A DNA stretch of 64,000 nucleotides from Patescibacteria group bacterium. GTDB taxonomy: Bacteria > Patescibacteriota > Microgenomatia > Curtissbacterales > GWA2-41-24. The DNA lies in contig JBBTUN010000012.1 of NCBI GenBank assembly GCA_038063735.1, positions 1,595 through 65,594 on the forward strand, given 5' to 3'. Both the position numbers and the translations under genes were made by a program. This document shows positions 47,855 to 57,307 of the stretch, one piece after another (position 1 is the stretch's first letter; every line of letters begins with the position of its first letter). The notes beneath the pieces are model-generated. The model had not been told where the DNA came from. It did no database searches and was given only the letters and a program-made list of their open reading frames with translations.

Positions 47855-47911
47855 AGAAGCGCCACAAAGTATAACGCATCAGGAAGAAGTTTAGTAGAAG
47901 GTTTACATCAT

Positions 47912-47962
47912 GCTTATTGTTCGAGCTTGCTCGCCCTGAGTTTTGTCGAAGGGTCGAGAACT
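47912..47962 (-). repeat. family 1 palindromic-core copy, intergenic upstream of mreB
   Basis: 'gcttattgttcgagcttgctcgccctgagttttgtcgaagggtcgag'. Confidence 0.55.
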
Positions 47963-47967
47963 TAACT

Positions 47968-48693
47968 TTAATTCGTAAACTTAAATGTCGAGAGAATTTG
48001 ATCGAACATCACACCTGCTGGCTTAGAATATGATGTTCCAGTCTCCCCATTTCCGAAAGCGCTAAACCAGTAAATATAATCACCTCTTTTTACCCAAACA
48101 TCTTTATCTGTGTTTTCAAACTGCATTCCCGTATTTGTTTTATAGCCGTTTGTATTGTCAATTGTTACTTTTTGTATTTTTCCATTTTTTAGCCCTTCGT
48201 TGAATGAAGGAACTCCTCCCAGATTTTCTTGGTATGTTTTATCTAAATATCCATCAAGTGATAAATCGGTGGTTATTACTTTTATTGTAATACCTATAAA
48301 TTTATCCTCTGGGAACTTATAAGCATCGTTTTCCCCATTCATAAAAATTTGCGTGTCTGCTACTTCTGACCTAGTTGAAGTTTGAAAGTCCAGTTCTAGA
48401 GGATATTTAATCGAGTAACGATACATAGAATTTGTATACGTTTTCCAATTCGCCCCGATTGGGTCTGGGTTTGCCGTTTCGTCGGAGGCGTTAGGTGGCG
48501 GAGTGGTATATTTGTATTGCAGTTCATTCGCCTCGTCAGCTGACAAACCAACTCCGTCATTCATCCGTTCTTGATTTTGTATGGAATATTTTTGGTAAAC
48601 AAACAATCCGCCTACGCCTACAACAACGGAGGCAAGAACAATTAGGACAATTAATATTGGCGCAAAACCTTTTTTCATTTGGGCAAGTTTCAT
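47968..48693 (-). CDS. hypothetical membrane-anchored extracellular protein
   Basis: N-terminal TM, beta-rich ectodomain, no motifs. Confidence 0.3.
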   Translation of the reverse strand: MKLAQMKKGFAPILIVLIVLASVVVGVGGLFVYQKYSIQNQERMNDGVGLSADEANELQYKYTTPPPNASDETANPDPIGANWKTYTNSMYRYSIKYPLELDFQTSTRSEVADTQIFMNGENDAYKFPEDKFIGITIKVITTDLSLDGYLDKTYQENLGGVPSFNEGLKNGKIQKVTIDNTNGYKTNTGMQFENTDKDVWVKRGDYIYWFSAFGNGETGTSYSKPAGVMFDQILSTFKFTN

Positions 48694-48789
48694 CTAAATC
48701 AATCGTAAATGGTTTACCCCGAGAAACGCAAGTGATGAAGGGTCAACTATTCAATTGTCAAAGAACTTGCTGCCTGTTAACATCTAAAC

Positions 48790-50757
48790 GTGCAGACTTC
48801 TCTACAAAAAATCCTTGACAAAATCATATATCTTTCTTTTCTTGCCCTGGCAGCAATCACCCCCTTAATTTTTACAACTACAACAACCGAAATTTACGAA
48901 GTGCCAAAAATGTACTTTGTGTACTTTTTTGCAACCGTCCTTTTGTTTGCAACTTTATTCAAGTTTATTCTCCAGAAAAAAATTACAATTCCAACTTCCG
49001 GTGCTGTCAACGCGCTGGCCATTTTTTTAATCATCCAGGCAATCTCCACGATATTTTCGACCGACAAATTTACATCTATTTTTGGCTACCCTACACGCCT
49101 AAACGGCGGCCTGTTGTCCCTTTTTGCCTATTTTGTCATCTTTATTAGCGCCCAAATTAACCTGGACAGGCAAAAAGCAATTAACATTATTTTGGCAGCC
49201 TTTTTTGCGTCCGTTGCGGTCGCCATCTGGGGAATCCCTTCCTACTTTAGGTACGATCCATCCTGCTACGTTTTAACAGGCAAACTTACGTCAAGCTGCT
49301 GGCAGAAAGAATTCAACCCTACACTTCGAATCTTCTCCACCCTTGGCCAACCAAATTGGTTAGCCTCTTATTTGGTCCTTACCCTGCCTCTCACCCTGCC
49401 GCTACTGCTTGGCGCAAAAAAACAAATCCAAAAAATAATTATTATAACCTCCGGCGCCCTCATCTTTATGGCCATTATCCTTACAACCTCAAGGGCCGGA
49501 ATTTTGGGTACCGCAATCGCAATCGTCATAGTGTTCGCTCTTACAAAGCTTAAAACAATAAAGAATCAGCTGCCAGCCTTAGTAGCACTGGCGATAACAT
49601 TCGTTTTGATCACACTTATTTTTGGCACAAAACTAACTTCCCGAATTAACGAAGCCACAAAAACGGCTCCTAAGAATTCCGCCGGCCAAAGTTCGTCAGC
49701 TCCAACTAAATCCGCACTAGCTTCCGGCGGCACGGATTCCGGCCAAATTCGCTTAATTGTTTGGGAAGGGGCAATTAACATTTTTAAACGCTGGCCATTA
49801 TTAGGCGCCGGCCCCGAAACTTTCGTAAACACTTATTATTTGTACCGCCCGCTTTCCCACAACAACACAACCGAATGGGAATTTTTCTACAACAAAGCTC
49901 ATAACGAATTTCTAAACTATTTGGCAAACACCGGCATCTTGGGCCTTGGATCGTACCTGGCATTTATAACACTAGCCGCTCTGGCACTTTTCAAAAGCAG
50001 GTCCGAGAATTTTTCGGCGAGCATCATTGCATCTTCGCTTGGCTATTTCGCAACAATTTTCTTCGGTTTTTCGACAGTTGCAACCCAAACAATTTTCTTT
50101 AGCCTTCTTGCCTGCGGGCTTGTTATGGCAAAAAACAAAACATCCACTAAAACCTACAGCCTGCCTTATCTAAACAACAGAGCCTTCTTCACTCTTGCCG
50201 CCTTAACCATTTCTCTGCTTGGAGTTTACTGCTTAACATTTTTCGCCCGTTTGTATTTTGCCGATACCACAACAAGGCGCGCCCAAAATTCCCTGAGTGC
50301 TAAATCTATCCTAAATTACGACAACGCAAATACCTTAACTCCGGTAGAAAACCCATACCTTATGGCAGATTTTGCCTATGCGCTTGGTGTTTATCAGGAC
50401 AAAATAGATAATACAGACGATAAAAACAGACTTGCTGCCCAAGCCGATTTGTACGCAAAAAAGTCGACCGGCATTGCCCCGAATAATTATTTAATCACCC
50501 AAAAAGCGGTAAAAACTTACATTCTTATTGCCGGTGCGAAGCAGGAATACACGAAAAATACCCTCAACTTTGGCAACAAGTTAACCCAACTCGCCCCCAC
50601 CTACCCAACCAGTTTCCTGCTTCTTACTAAAACGCAAATTACACTTGGTGACAACACCGCAGCGCTTGCCAGCATAAATAAAGCACTTTCCCTTAAACCC
50701 GATTACCCAGAAGCTCAACAGCTACTTGAAGAACTCGGGGTAAAACCGATACAATAA
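48790..50757 (+). CDS. O-antigen-ligase-like (Wzy_C) polytopic membrane protein with C-terminal TPR repeats
   Basis: About 10 TM segments with a large loop, then a TPR-like C-terminus 'KALSLKPDYPEAQQLLEELG'. Confidence 0.5.
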   Translation: MQTSLQKILDKIIYLSFLALAAITPLIFTTTTTEIYEVPKMYFVYFFATVLLFATLFKFILQKKITIPTSGAVNALAIFLIIQAISTIFSTDKFTSIFGYPTRLNGGLLSLFAYFVIFISAQINLDRQKAINIILAAFFASVAVAIWGIPSYFRYDPSCYVLTGKLTSSCWQKEFNPTLRIFSTLGQPNWLASYLVLTLPLTLPLLLGAKKQIQKIIIITSGALIFMAIILTTSRAGILGTAIAIVIVFALTKLKTIKNQLPALVALAITFVLITLIFGTKLTSRINEATKTAPKNSAGQSSSAPTKSALASGGTDSGQIRLIVWEGAINIFKRWPLLGAGPETFVNTYYLYRPLSHNNTTEWEFFYNKAHNEFLNYLANTGILGLGSYLAFITLAALALFKSRSENFSASIIASSLGYFATIFFGFSTVATQTIFFSLLACGLVMAKNKTSTKTYSLPYLNNRAFFTLAALTISLLGVYCLTFFARLYFADTTTRRAQNSLSAKSILNYDNANTLTPVENPYLMADFAYALGVYQDKIDNTDDKNRLAAQADLYAKKSTGIAPNNYLITQKAVKTYILIAGAKQEYTKNTLNFGNKLTQLAPTYPTSFLLLTKTQITLGDNTAALASINKALSLKPDYPEAQQLLEELGVKPIQ

Positions 50758-50786
50758 ACACAGAAGCTGCCTGCCCCAAACAGCTA

Positions 50787-52022
50787 ATGGCAATCTTAAA
50801 CAAACAAGATCCTCAAATTGCAAAGCTCATTAAACTTGAAGATAAGCGTCAGCAGGACGATATTGTCCTAATCCCTTCCGAAAATTACGCCTCAGCTGCG
50901 GTGCGCGAAGCCTTGGGCACCCGTCTTAGTAATAAGTATTCCGAAGGCTATTCTCATAAAAGATATTACAGCGGCAATCAGATAATCGATTCTGTTGAAG
51001 ATATCGCCAAAGAAAGAGCCATCAAACTTTTTAAATGTAAATTCGCAAATGTCCAGGCATATTCCGGTTCACCAGCCAACATGGCAATCTACATGGCTCT
51101 TATGGAACCGGGTGATACGGTCATGGGATTGTCGCTTCCCCATGGCGGCCACCTAACCCATGGCTGGCCGGTAAACTTCTCCGGCAAATTCTATAAATCC
51201 GTCCAATACGAAGTTGATAAAAAAACGGAGCGTCTTGATCTTAAAAAAATAGGCAAGCTCATTAGAAAAACTAAACCAAAAATGATCTTTACCGGGGCAA
51301 CCGCCTACTCCCGTGTCTGGGAGTGGCGTGAATTTAGTAAAATCGCCAAAAGCGTAAAGGCATGTTTAATAGCAGATATCTCCCACATTGCAGGCCTTGT
51401 TGTTGCCGGAGTCCACCCTTCCCCATTTCCATACGCGGACGTCGTCATGACCACAACCCATAAAACTCTGCGCGGACCACGCGGCGCGTTAATACTTACC
51501 AATAACGAAGAAATTGCTCAAAAAATAGATAAGGCGGTTTTCCCCGGCCTGCAGGGCGGACCCCACGACAACCAGACAGCAGCAATTGCAGTTGCCCTTC
51601 GCGAAGCTCAGGGTAAACCCTTCAGAACATACGGAGCACAAATCGTCAAAAACGCTAAGGAACTGGCAAAGACTCTCCTTGCAAACAACATTCGCCTTGT
51701 CTCTGGCGGTACAGATAACCATTTAATACTTATTGATCTTGGCGCATCCGGCCCGACAGGCAAAGATATGCAAAACGCTCTTTATGAAGCCGGCCTTTCT
51801 ACAAACAAAAATACTGTTCCCAACGAAACCCGCAGCCCTTTTGTCACTTCCGGAATCAGGATCGGAACTCCGGCAATTACAACCCGCGGCATGAAAGAAC
51901 CTCAAATGCGCCTAATCGGAAGCTTTATTGCCCAAATCATCAAAGACCCCGAAAATGAAAGCCTAAGAAAAGAAATTAAAAAAGAAGTTTTAGAATTGAC
52001 CAAACGCTTCCCAACACCGTAA
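50787..52022 (+). CDS. glyA: serine hydroxymethyltransferase
   Basis: PLP-lysine region 'VVMTTTHKTLRGPRG'; 'LIPSENY' N-terminus. Confidence 0.9.
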   Translation: MAILNKQDPQIAKLIKLEDKRQQDDIVLIPSENYASAAVREALGTRLSNKYSEGYSHKRYYSGNQIIDSVEDIAKERAIKLFKCKFANVQAYSGSPANMAIYMALMEPGDTVMGLSLPHGGHLTHGWPVNFSGKFYKSVQYEVDKKTERLDLKKIGKLIRKTKPKMIFTGATAYSRVWEWREFSKIAKSVKACLIADISHIAGLVVAGVHPSPFPYADVVMTTTHKTLRGPRGALILTNNEEIAQKIDKAVFPGLQGGPHDNQTAAIAVALREAQGKPFRTYGAQIVKNAKELAKTLLANNIRLVSGGTDNHLILIDLGASGPTGKDMQNALYEAGLSTNKNTVPNETRSPFVTSGIRIGTPAITTRGMKEPQMRLIGSFIAQIIKDPENESLRKEIKKEVLELTKRFPTP

Positions 52023-52066
52023 ATTTTCCACCTTGTTTTTAAAAAGTAAAATGATAATATGAGTTT

Positions 52067-52351
52067 ATGACAAACAGCGACATCCAAAAAATTGGCCAGG
52101 TGGTAGATCAAAAAATAAATAAGGCTCTAAAACCCATCGCAAAAAGACTGGATAAAATTGACTCCAGGTTAGACAAAGTTGATTCCAAATTAGACCGTCT
52201 TGAAAGCAAAACTGATGCACTAATCTTAGACGTGAATGATTTGCAAGAAAACGTAGGTGGCATAAAAGACAAACTAGTAATAATAGAAGAAAAGCACGAC
52301 GAGGATACAGCTCAAATAAAAAACCACATTGGCCTCTTAAATCCCAATTAA
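52067..52351 (+). CDS. hypothetical small coiled-coil protein
   Basis: Heptad-like 'KRLDKIDSRLDKVDSKLDRLESKTD'. Confidence 0.25.
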   Translation: MTNSDIQKIGQVVDQKINKALKPIAKRLDKIDSRLDKVDSKLDRLESKTDALILDVNDLQENVGGIKDKLVIIEEKHDEDTAQIKNHIGLLNPN

Positions 52352-52460
52352 TTGTCGCAGGTAACAATTTAAGTTAAACTTCTTTCTATGTCAGCACAAA
52401 TTTTAAAGGGCAAAGCGATATGCACAATTTTCAACGTAAAGAGAGTTGTTTTAAAGCTTG

Positions 52461-53435
52461 TTAAGCGGCCACGCTAGCGGATAAACTTGCAAAATCCAAA
52501 CCATTAAAAGCAAAAACCGGGTCGCTAGGCTCAACATTATCTACAATTTTCCCCCGCCCAACCACATACACAACTTTTGGCGAAGTTCCCAAATCGGTTG
52601 TATCCGAAGTCAAAACCTGTTTTGTAGCTTCAACCATATCACTATTGTGAATGTACCCTTTTGCAATTTCCTCTTGTTGTTCAACAGGAAGCATTGGAAC
52701 CAAAAACCTTGTCACCATCTTTCCCACTAGACTATCTTCAATTAATCCACCACTGACAATTGTCATATCAACATTAGGATATGCCATACCACTCCTATGC
52801 ATCCATTGTTCAAACTGGTTCTTTGAAGAAGCTACTCCTCTATAAAAATCTGGCGCATCTTGGCTCTCAAAAAAAGTTGAGGGAATGCTGGAATAGTAAA
52901 CCACCCGAAGCCGGCTCTCAACATTCACCGCAGCACTCTGAACCAGATTTACATTTGCCAAAAAGTTAATTGCTATTGCTTTGTCTTGCGCCCCGCTAAC
53001 CCATTCCTTAACATGTCCAGACAAAACACCAAGCATTTCCTTTTTATCTTCAGGGGTTTTCGCCCTTGCGGCACGACCCAACTCCAATGCTAATTTGGTT
53101 GAGAAATCTTCCATGCCTCCTGCTGCAGAAAGCACTATGTCCGTAGGCAACTTACTCGCATCCTCTAGAAAAGAAAGGGCTTTTCTGGTCGAATCCGAAT
53201 CAGTTAGATCAGCAACAAATGGAGTTGGAGAAACTCCATCCATTTTGGAAGCTGCATCTTCGAAATGAGAAAAGTGTCTAGTACCAATTATCAAATCAGC
53301 GCCTGCGTCTGCAAGGGCAATAGAGGTCGCAAGGCCTGCACCTGTTGCCCCTCCTGTAACCAAAATTCTTCGGCCCTTTAATGGTTGACCCTCCTTAAAT
53401 TCCGACCGCGCATCACTTTCTAATCTGTTCGACAT
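52461..53435 (-). CDS. SDR-family NAD(P)-dependent oxidoreductase (atypical)
   Basis: Rossmann 'ILVTGGATGAGLATSIALADAGADLIIGTR'. Confidence 0.45.
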   Translation of the reverse strand: MSNRLESDARSEFKEGQPLKGRRILVTGGATGAGLATSIALADAGADLIIGTRHFSHFEDAASKMDGVSPTPFVADLTDSDSTRKALSFLEDASKLPTDIVLSAAGGMEDFSTKLALELGRAARAKTPEDKKEMLGVLSGHVKEWVSGAQDKAIAINFLANVNLVQSAAVNVESRLRVVYYSSIPSTFFESQDAPDFYRGVASSKNQFEQWMHRSGMAYPNVDMTIVSGGLIEDSLVGKMVTRFLVPMLPVEQQEEIAKGYIHNSDMVEATKQVLTSDTTDLGTSPKVVYVVGRGKIVDNVEPSDPVFAFNGLDFASLSASVAA

Positions 53436-53495
53436 TCACAAAAAGATACCATCTGATAATTGCCAAGTCAACTCAAGATAAAATAGAATTCAGAT

Positions 53496-54404
53496 ATGGC
53501 AAAAATCCTAGACGGCAAAGTTGTCCGCGACCAGATCCAAGAAAATCTAAAGTCTATAATCCAAAATCTAAAATCTAAGCCCAAGCTTGTCATTATCCAA
53601 GTCGGCGATAATCCGGAAAGCAATACATATATTGGACAAAAGATTAAATTTGGAGAAAGAATCGGCGCTAAAGTAGACCTTCAAAAACTCCCCGCCGACG
53701 TTTCTCAGGATCACCTATCATCTATAATCCATAATCTAAACTCTACCCCCACAATCCACGGCATTATCATCCAAATGCCTATTTCCGAACACTTGAACCG
53801 CGAAAAACTAATCGAGCTCATCGACCCAAAAAAAGATGTCGACGGCTTAACTAACACCAACCAAAAACTTTTGGAGGAAAACAATCCCAATGCAATTATC
53901 CCCGCAACCGCGAAAGGGGTAATTTCTATTCTTAACTTTTATAAAATAAAGGTTAGCGGCAAAAAAGCAACGGTTGTCGGCCGATCAAAACTTGTGGGCG
54001 CACCAGTTGCAACACTTCTTAAAAATCTTGGCGCAACAGTCGAAATCGGTCACAGTAAAACTCCGGATCTAACTGCCGTAACAAAACCAGCCGACATAAT
54101 TGTCGTTGCCGTCGGCAAACCCAATTTAATCAGCAAAGAGCATGTATCAAAAGGTCAAGCTATAGTAGATGTCGGCATAAATGTTGTTGAAAGGCAACAA
54201 GAAACAAGCGACAAGCGACAGGAAGGAAAAGAAAACAAAAGGCCAATGGCCAATGGCAAAAGGCTTCTTGTCGGCGATGTAAACTTTTCCGAAGTCCAAC
54301 CAATCGTTTCAGCAATCACCCCCGTCCCAGGCGGCATCGGCCCCATGACCGTCGCATCTCTTTTTGAAAATTTACTGGAGGCTTACAAAAAACAAGATGA
54401 TTGA
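53496..54404 (+). CDS. folD: bifunctional methylenetetrahydrofolate dehydrogenase/cyclohydrolase FolD
   Basis: 'GKVVRDQIQENLK', 'VGRSKLVGAPVATLL', 'PVPGGIGPMTVA'. Contains a repeat-encoded insertion 'RQQETSDKRQEGKENKRPMANGK'. Confidence 0.85.
   Translation: MAKILDGKVVRDQIQENLKSIIQNLKSKPKLVIIQVGDNPESNTYIGQKIKFGERIGAKVDLQKLPADVSQDHLSSIIHNLNSTPTIHGIIIQMPISEHLNREKLIELIDPKKDVDGLTNTNQKLLEENNPNAIIPATAKGVISILNFYKIKVSGKKATVVGRSKLVGAPVATLLKNLGATVEIGHSKTPDLTAVTKPADIIVVAVGKPNLISKEHVSKGQAIVDVGINVVERQQETSDKRQEGKENKRPMANGKRLLVGDVNFSEVQPIVSAITPVPGGIGPMTVASLFENLLEAYKKQDD
54194..54262 (+). repeat. family 2 copy, in frame in folD
   Basis: 'gcaacaagaaacaagcgacaagcgacaggaaggaaaagaaaacaaaaggccaatggccaatggc'. Encodes QQETSDKRQEGKENKRPMANG. 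Confidence 0.55.
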
Positions 54405-54999
54405 CGAACGCTTCATCATCTTTGGAGCATTTATAAATTTTTTAGGTGCAATGAGCTATCTTGTCAGCACACTAAGAGGCCGCACAAAACCAAACAAAGT
54501 GACTTGGCTGTTATGGGCAGCGGCACCTATGCTTGCCTTTAGTGCCGAAATTAAACAGGGCGTTGGCCTAATTTCACTTACTACCTTTATGGCTGGTTTT
54601 AATCCTATTCTTATTTTCCTTGTCTCCTTTGTAAACAAAAAATCAAAATGGAAAATAAGTAAATTTGACATCGTCTGCGGTAGCCTGTCGGTTCTTGGTT
54701 TAATTCTATGGCAAATAACAAAAGTCCCAAATTTTGCAATTCTTTTTGCCATAATGGCAGACGGACTAGCTGCAACCCCAACTGTTGTTAAATCCTACAC
54801 AAATCCTGAAACCGAAAATGCCGCGGCCTACTTCGTTGCAATGATTAGCGGTACCATCGCAATTTTGACCGTAAAAACCTGGGGATTCGCTCACTATGCT
54901 TTTCCCGTCTATATCGTCGTAATTTGTTTTATTCTATTTACACTAATCCAGTTCAAACTTGGTTCTAAAATCCAAAGAGCCTACAAAAAACAATATTAG
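54397..54999 (+). CDS. hypothetical polytopic membrane protein
   Basis: About six TM segments. ATG at 54397 has a GGAGG upstream and overlaps the folD stop. Confidence 0.35.
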   Translation: MIDERFIIFGAFINFLGAMSYLVSTLRGRTKPNKVTWLLWAAAPMLAFSAEIKQGVGLISLTTFMAGFNPILIFLVSFVNKKSKWKISKFDIVCGSLSVLGLILWQITKVPNFAILFAIMADGLAATPTVVKSYTNPETENAAAYFVAMISGTIAILTVKTWGFAHYAFPVYIVVICFILFTLIQFKLGSKIQRAYKKQY

Positions 55000-55032
55000 A
55001 AATAAATATTTCTTCTGACTATAATCAACACG

Positions 55033-56775
55033 ATGTACGCCAATGTAGTCGTTTTAACCTACCAAGCACCGGATACTGATTCGTTCAGCTACGAAATTCC
55101 AAACGAACTAGAAAAAGATATTGAAATCGGGCAGTTGGTCAAAGTACCGTTTGGGACAAGAATGCCGATGGGGGTAGTAGTCGGTCTACACAAATCATTG
55201 GATATTAGAAATCTTAAATTAAAAATTAAAAATTTAAAAAGTATCCTCATTTCGCAGCCCCTTCTCCTCCCATATCAAATAGGTTTGGCAAAGTGGATGT
55301 CTGCTTACTACTTTGCTCCAATGGTCAATTGCCTCAACACTATTCTTCCAGAATTGCCTAGTAAATTGTTAACGGTTTACCCTGATTCAAGAAGGGTTCA
55401 TGGTTCATGGCAAAAAGAAAATAAAACTATCAACTATGAACTATCAACTATGAACCAACACCTCATCCTCGTCCCCTCCATCAACAAAATCCCAGAAACT
55501 TTAGCTAAATTTCCAAAAGCCAAAAATCATGTCGTCTACCACAACGAACTTAAAGCTTCAGAAAAATTCGACGCCTGGCAAAAAATTCTAAGCGGCGAAG
55601 CTGATTATATTTTCGGCTCCCGCTCCGCAATCTTTACACCTTGCCCAAACCTCAAAGAAATAATTATTTACGACGAACACGACAGCGCATATAAAGACGA
55701 GCGCTCCCCTTACTTCGATACACTAACAGTTGCACAAAAAATATCTCAACTAACAGTTGCCCAAATTAAAATTGTCGACCCCGCCCCCAAAATCACAACG
55801 TATTTTCAGTTGGAAAGTAGAATCAAAATTCAAACCTTCCCCCAAAAAACTCAAGTAGTAAACCTGGTAAGCGACAAAACCAGCGGCAATAAATCCCCGA
55901 TAAGTTTTGACCTGGAAGAGCACATTGGGCAAACCCTGGAAGAAAAAGGGGCAGTCCTGCTTTTTTTAAACAAAAAGAAAGAATCTGGGCATATGTTTTG
56001 CAAAGCTTGTAAAACCTCGCTTTATCTTGAAAAACAACCGAATCAATGCACAAACTGCAATTCCCCGAACATTTTTTGGAGTGTTTTAAATATCAACTCG
56101 CTAGCAACCGACGTCAAAAATCTATTTCCCCAAAGCAAGGTTAATCTCATTACCGACAACAAACAACAAACTACAAACCACGAACTATCAACTATTGATA
56201 TTGGCACGGCATTTGCTCTTTACTCACCATTGGCTAAAAAATACAATCTTATTGCTCAAATTCAAACAGATTCTCTGCTAAATGTTGCAGACCACGCATC
56301 CGGCGAAAAACTTTTTGCCCAAATAACTTCATTAAAAAAAATACTCACGCCAAACGGCACGCTAATTTTGCAATCGTACAGCGTTGAAAACCCAATACTT
56401 AACCTGGTAGCCCACGGCGATTACAAATCTTTTTATCTGGAAGAACTAAGCCAGCGCAAACTCCTAAACAACCCGCCATACTCATTACTTATAAAATTAA
56501 CAATCAAAGGAAAAGGAGACGACAAAGTCAAAAACGAAGCCGAATCCCTCGCCGGTAGCTTACCATCAACCATCAACCATCAACCATCAACCATCCTCGG
56601 TCCCTACAAACCAATATTTTGGCAAAAATTACCTGTCTATCATATAATCCTTAAAAACAGAGTGGCCAATTACTCATTATCAGATAGGGAAAAGGTGATA
56701 AATAGTATTGCACCGCTCTTACAAAAAGGTTCAAAAAAATACTCAATAGAAGTAGAACCAGCTGGAATCCAATGA
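55033..56775 (+). CDS. priA: primosomal protein N' (PriA)-like, helicase Walker A motif not detectable
   Basis: N-terminal 3'-DNA-binding-domain pattern 'VVVLTYQAPDTDSFSYEIP...GQLVKVPFGTRMPMGVVVG'. PriA-like 'LVPSINKIPETLAKF', 'GSRSAIFTPCPNLKEIIIYDEHDSAYKDERSPYFD' and Cys4 'CKACK...CTNC' are present, but there is no GxGKT P-loop. Confidence 0.55.
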   Translation: MYANVVVLTYQAPDTDSFSYEIPNELEKDIEIGQLVKVPFGTRMPMGVVVGLHKSLDIRNLKLKIKNLKSILISQPLLLPYQIGLAKWMSAYYFAPMVNCLNTILPELPSKLLTVYPDSRRVHGSWQKENKTINYELSTMNQHLILVPSINKIPETLAKFPKAKNHVVYHNELKASEKFDAWQKILSGEADYIFGSRSAIFTPCPNLKEIIIYDEHDSAYKDERSPYFDTLTVAQKISQLTVAQIKIVDPAPKITTYFQLESRIKIQTFPQKTQVVNLVSDKTSGNKSPISFDLEEHIGQTLEEKGAVLLFLNKKKESGHMFCKACKTSLYLEKQPNQCTNCNSPNIFWSVLNINSLATDVKNLFPQSKVNLITDNKQQTTNHELSTIDIGTAFALYSPLAKKYNLIAQIQTDSLLNVADHASGEKLFAQITSLKKILTPNGTLILQSYSVENPILNLVAHGDYKSFYLEELSQRKLLNNPPYSLLIKLTIKGKGDDKVKNEAESLAGSLPSTINHQPSTILGPYKPIFWQKLPVYHIILKNRVANYSLSDREKVINSIAPLLQKGSKKYSIEVEPAGIQ

Positions 56776-57293
56776 TAAAACCATTTATCGCACTGCCGGA
56801 CCAAAATATTCGACAAAAGTCCAAAGAGGTCGTCGCTTTTGATAAATCGATAGAGCAAATCATCAAAGATCTAACGGAAACTGCCCAAGTGCAAACCGAC
56901 CCAGTAGCACTTGGTCTTGCAGCACCCCAAATCGGAGTTTTTAAAAGAATTTTTGTGGCTCGAATTAGAAACAAATTTAAACACTTCGTAAATCCAACTA
57001 TCACTAAATTTACAACTAAAGAAGCCACACTAATGGAAGGCTGTTTTTCTGTTCCGCAAATTTATGGCAACACAATTCGTCCAATAGAGGTAGACATCAA
57101 GTTCCAGGATATGCACGGTAAATGGCAAAAAGCCCATTTTAAAGGCCTGGCCGCCAAAATTGTCCAACACGAATTTGACCACCTAAACGGCATTCTTTTT
57201 ATAGACCATGTCTACAACCAAAACGGTAAAGTTTTCAAGGTTGAAAAAGATAAAAAAGGTAAAGAGCAATTTGTAGAAGTTCCAACAACTTAG
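56772..57293 (+). CDS. def: peptide deformylase
   Basis: Motifs 'GLAAPQIGV', 'EGCFSVP', 'HEFDHLNG'. Confidence 0.9.
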   Translation: MIKPFIALPDQNIRQKSKEVVAFDKSIEQIIKDLTETAQVQTDPVALGLAAPQIGVFKRIFVARIRNKFKHFVNPTITKFTTKEATLMEGCFSVPQIYGNTIRPIEVDIKFQDMHGKWQKAHFKGLAAKIVQHEFDHLNGILFIDHVYNQNGKVFKVEKDKKGKEQFVEVPTT

Positions 57294-57307
57294 GGTACAA
57301 TTTACCT

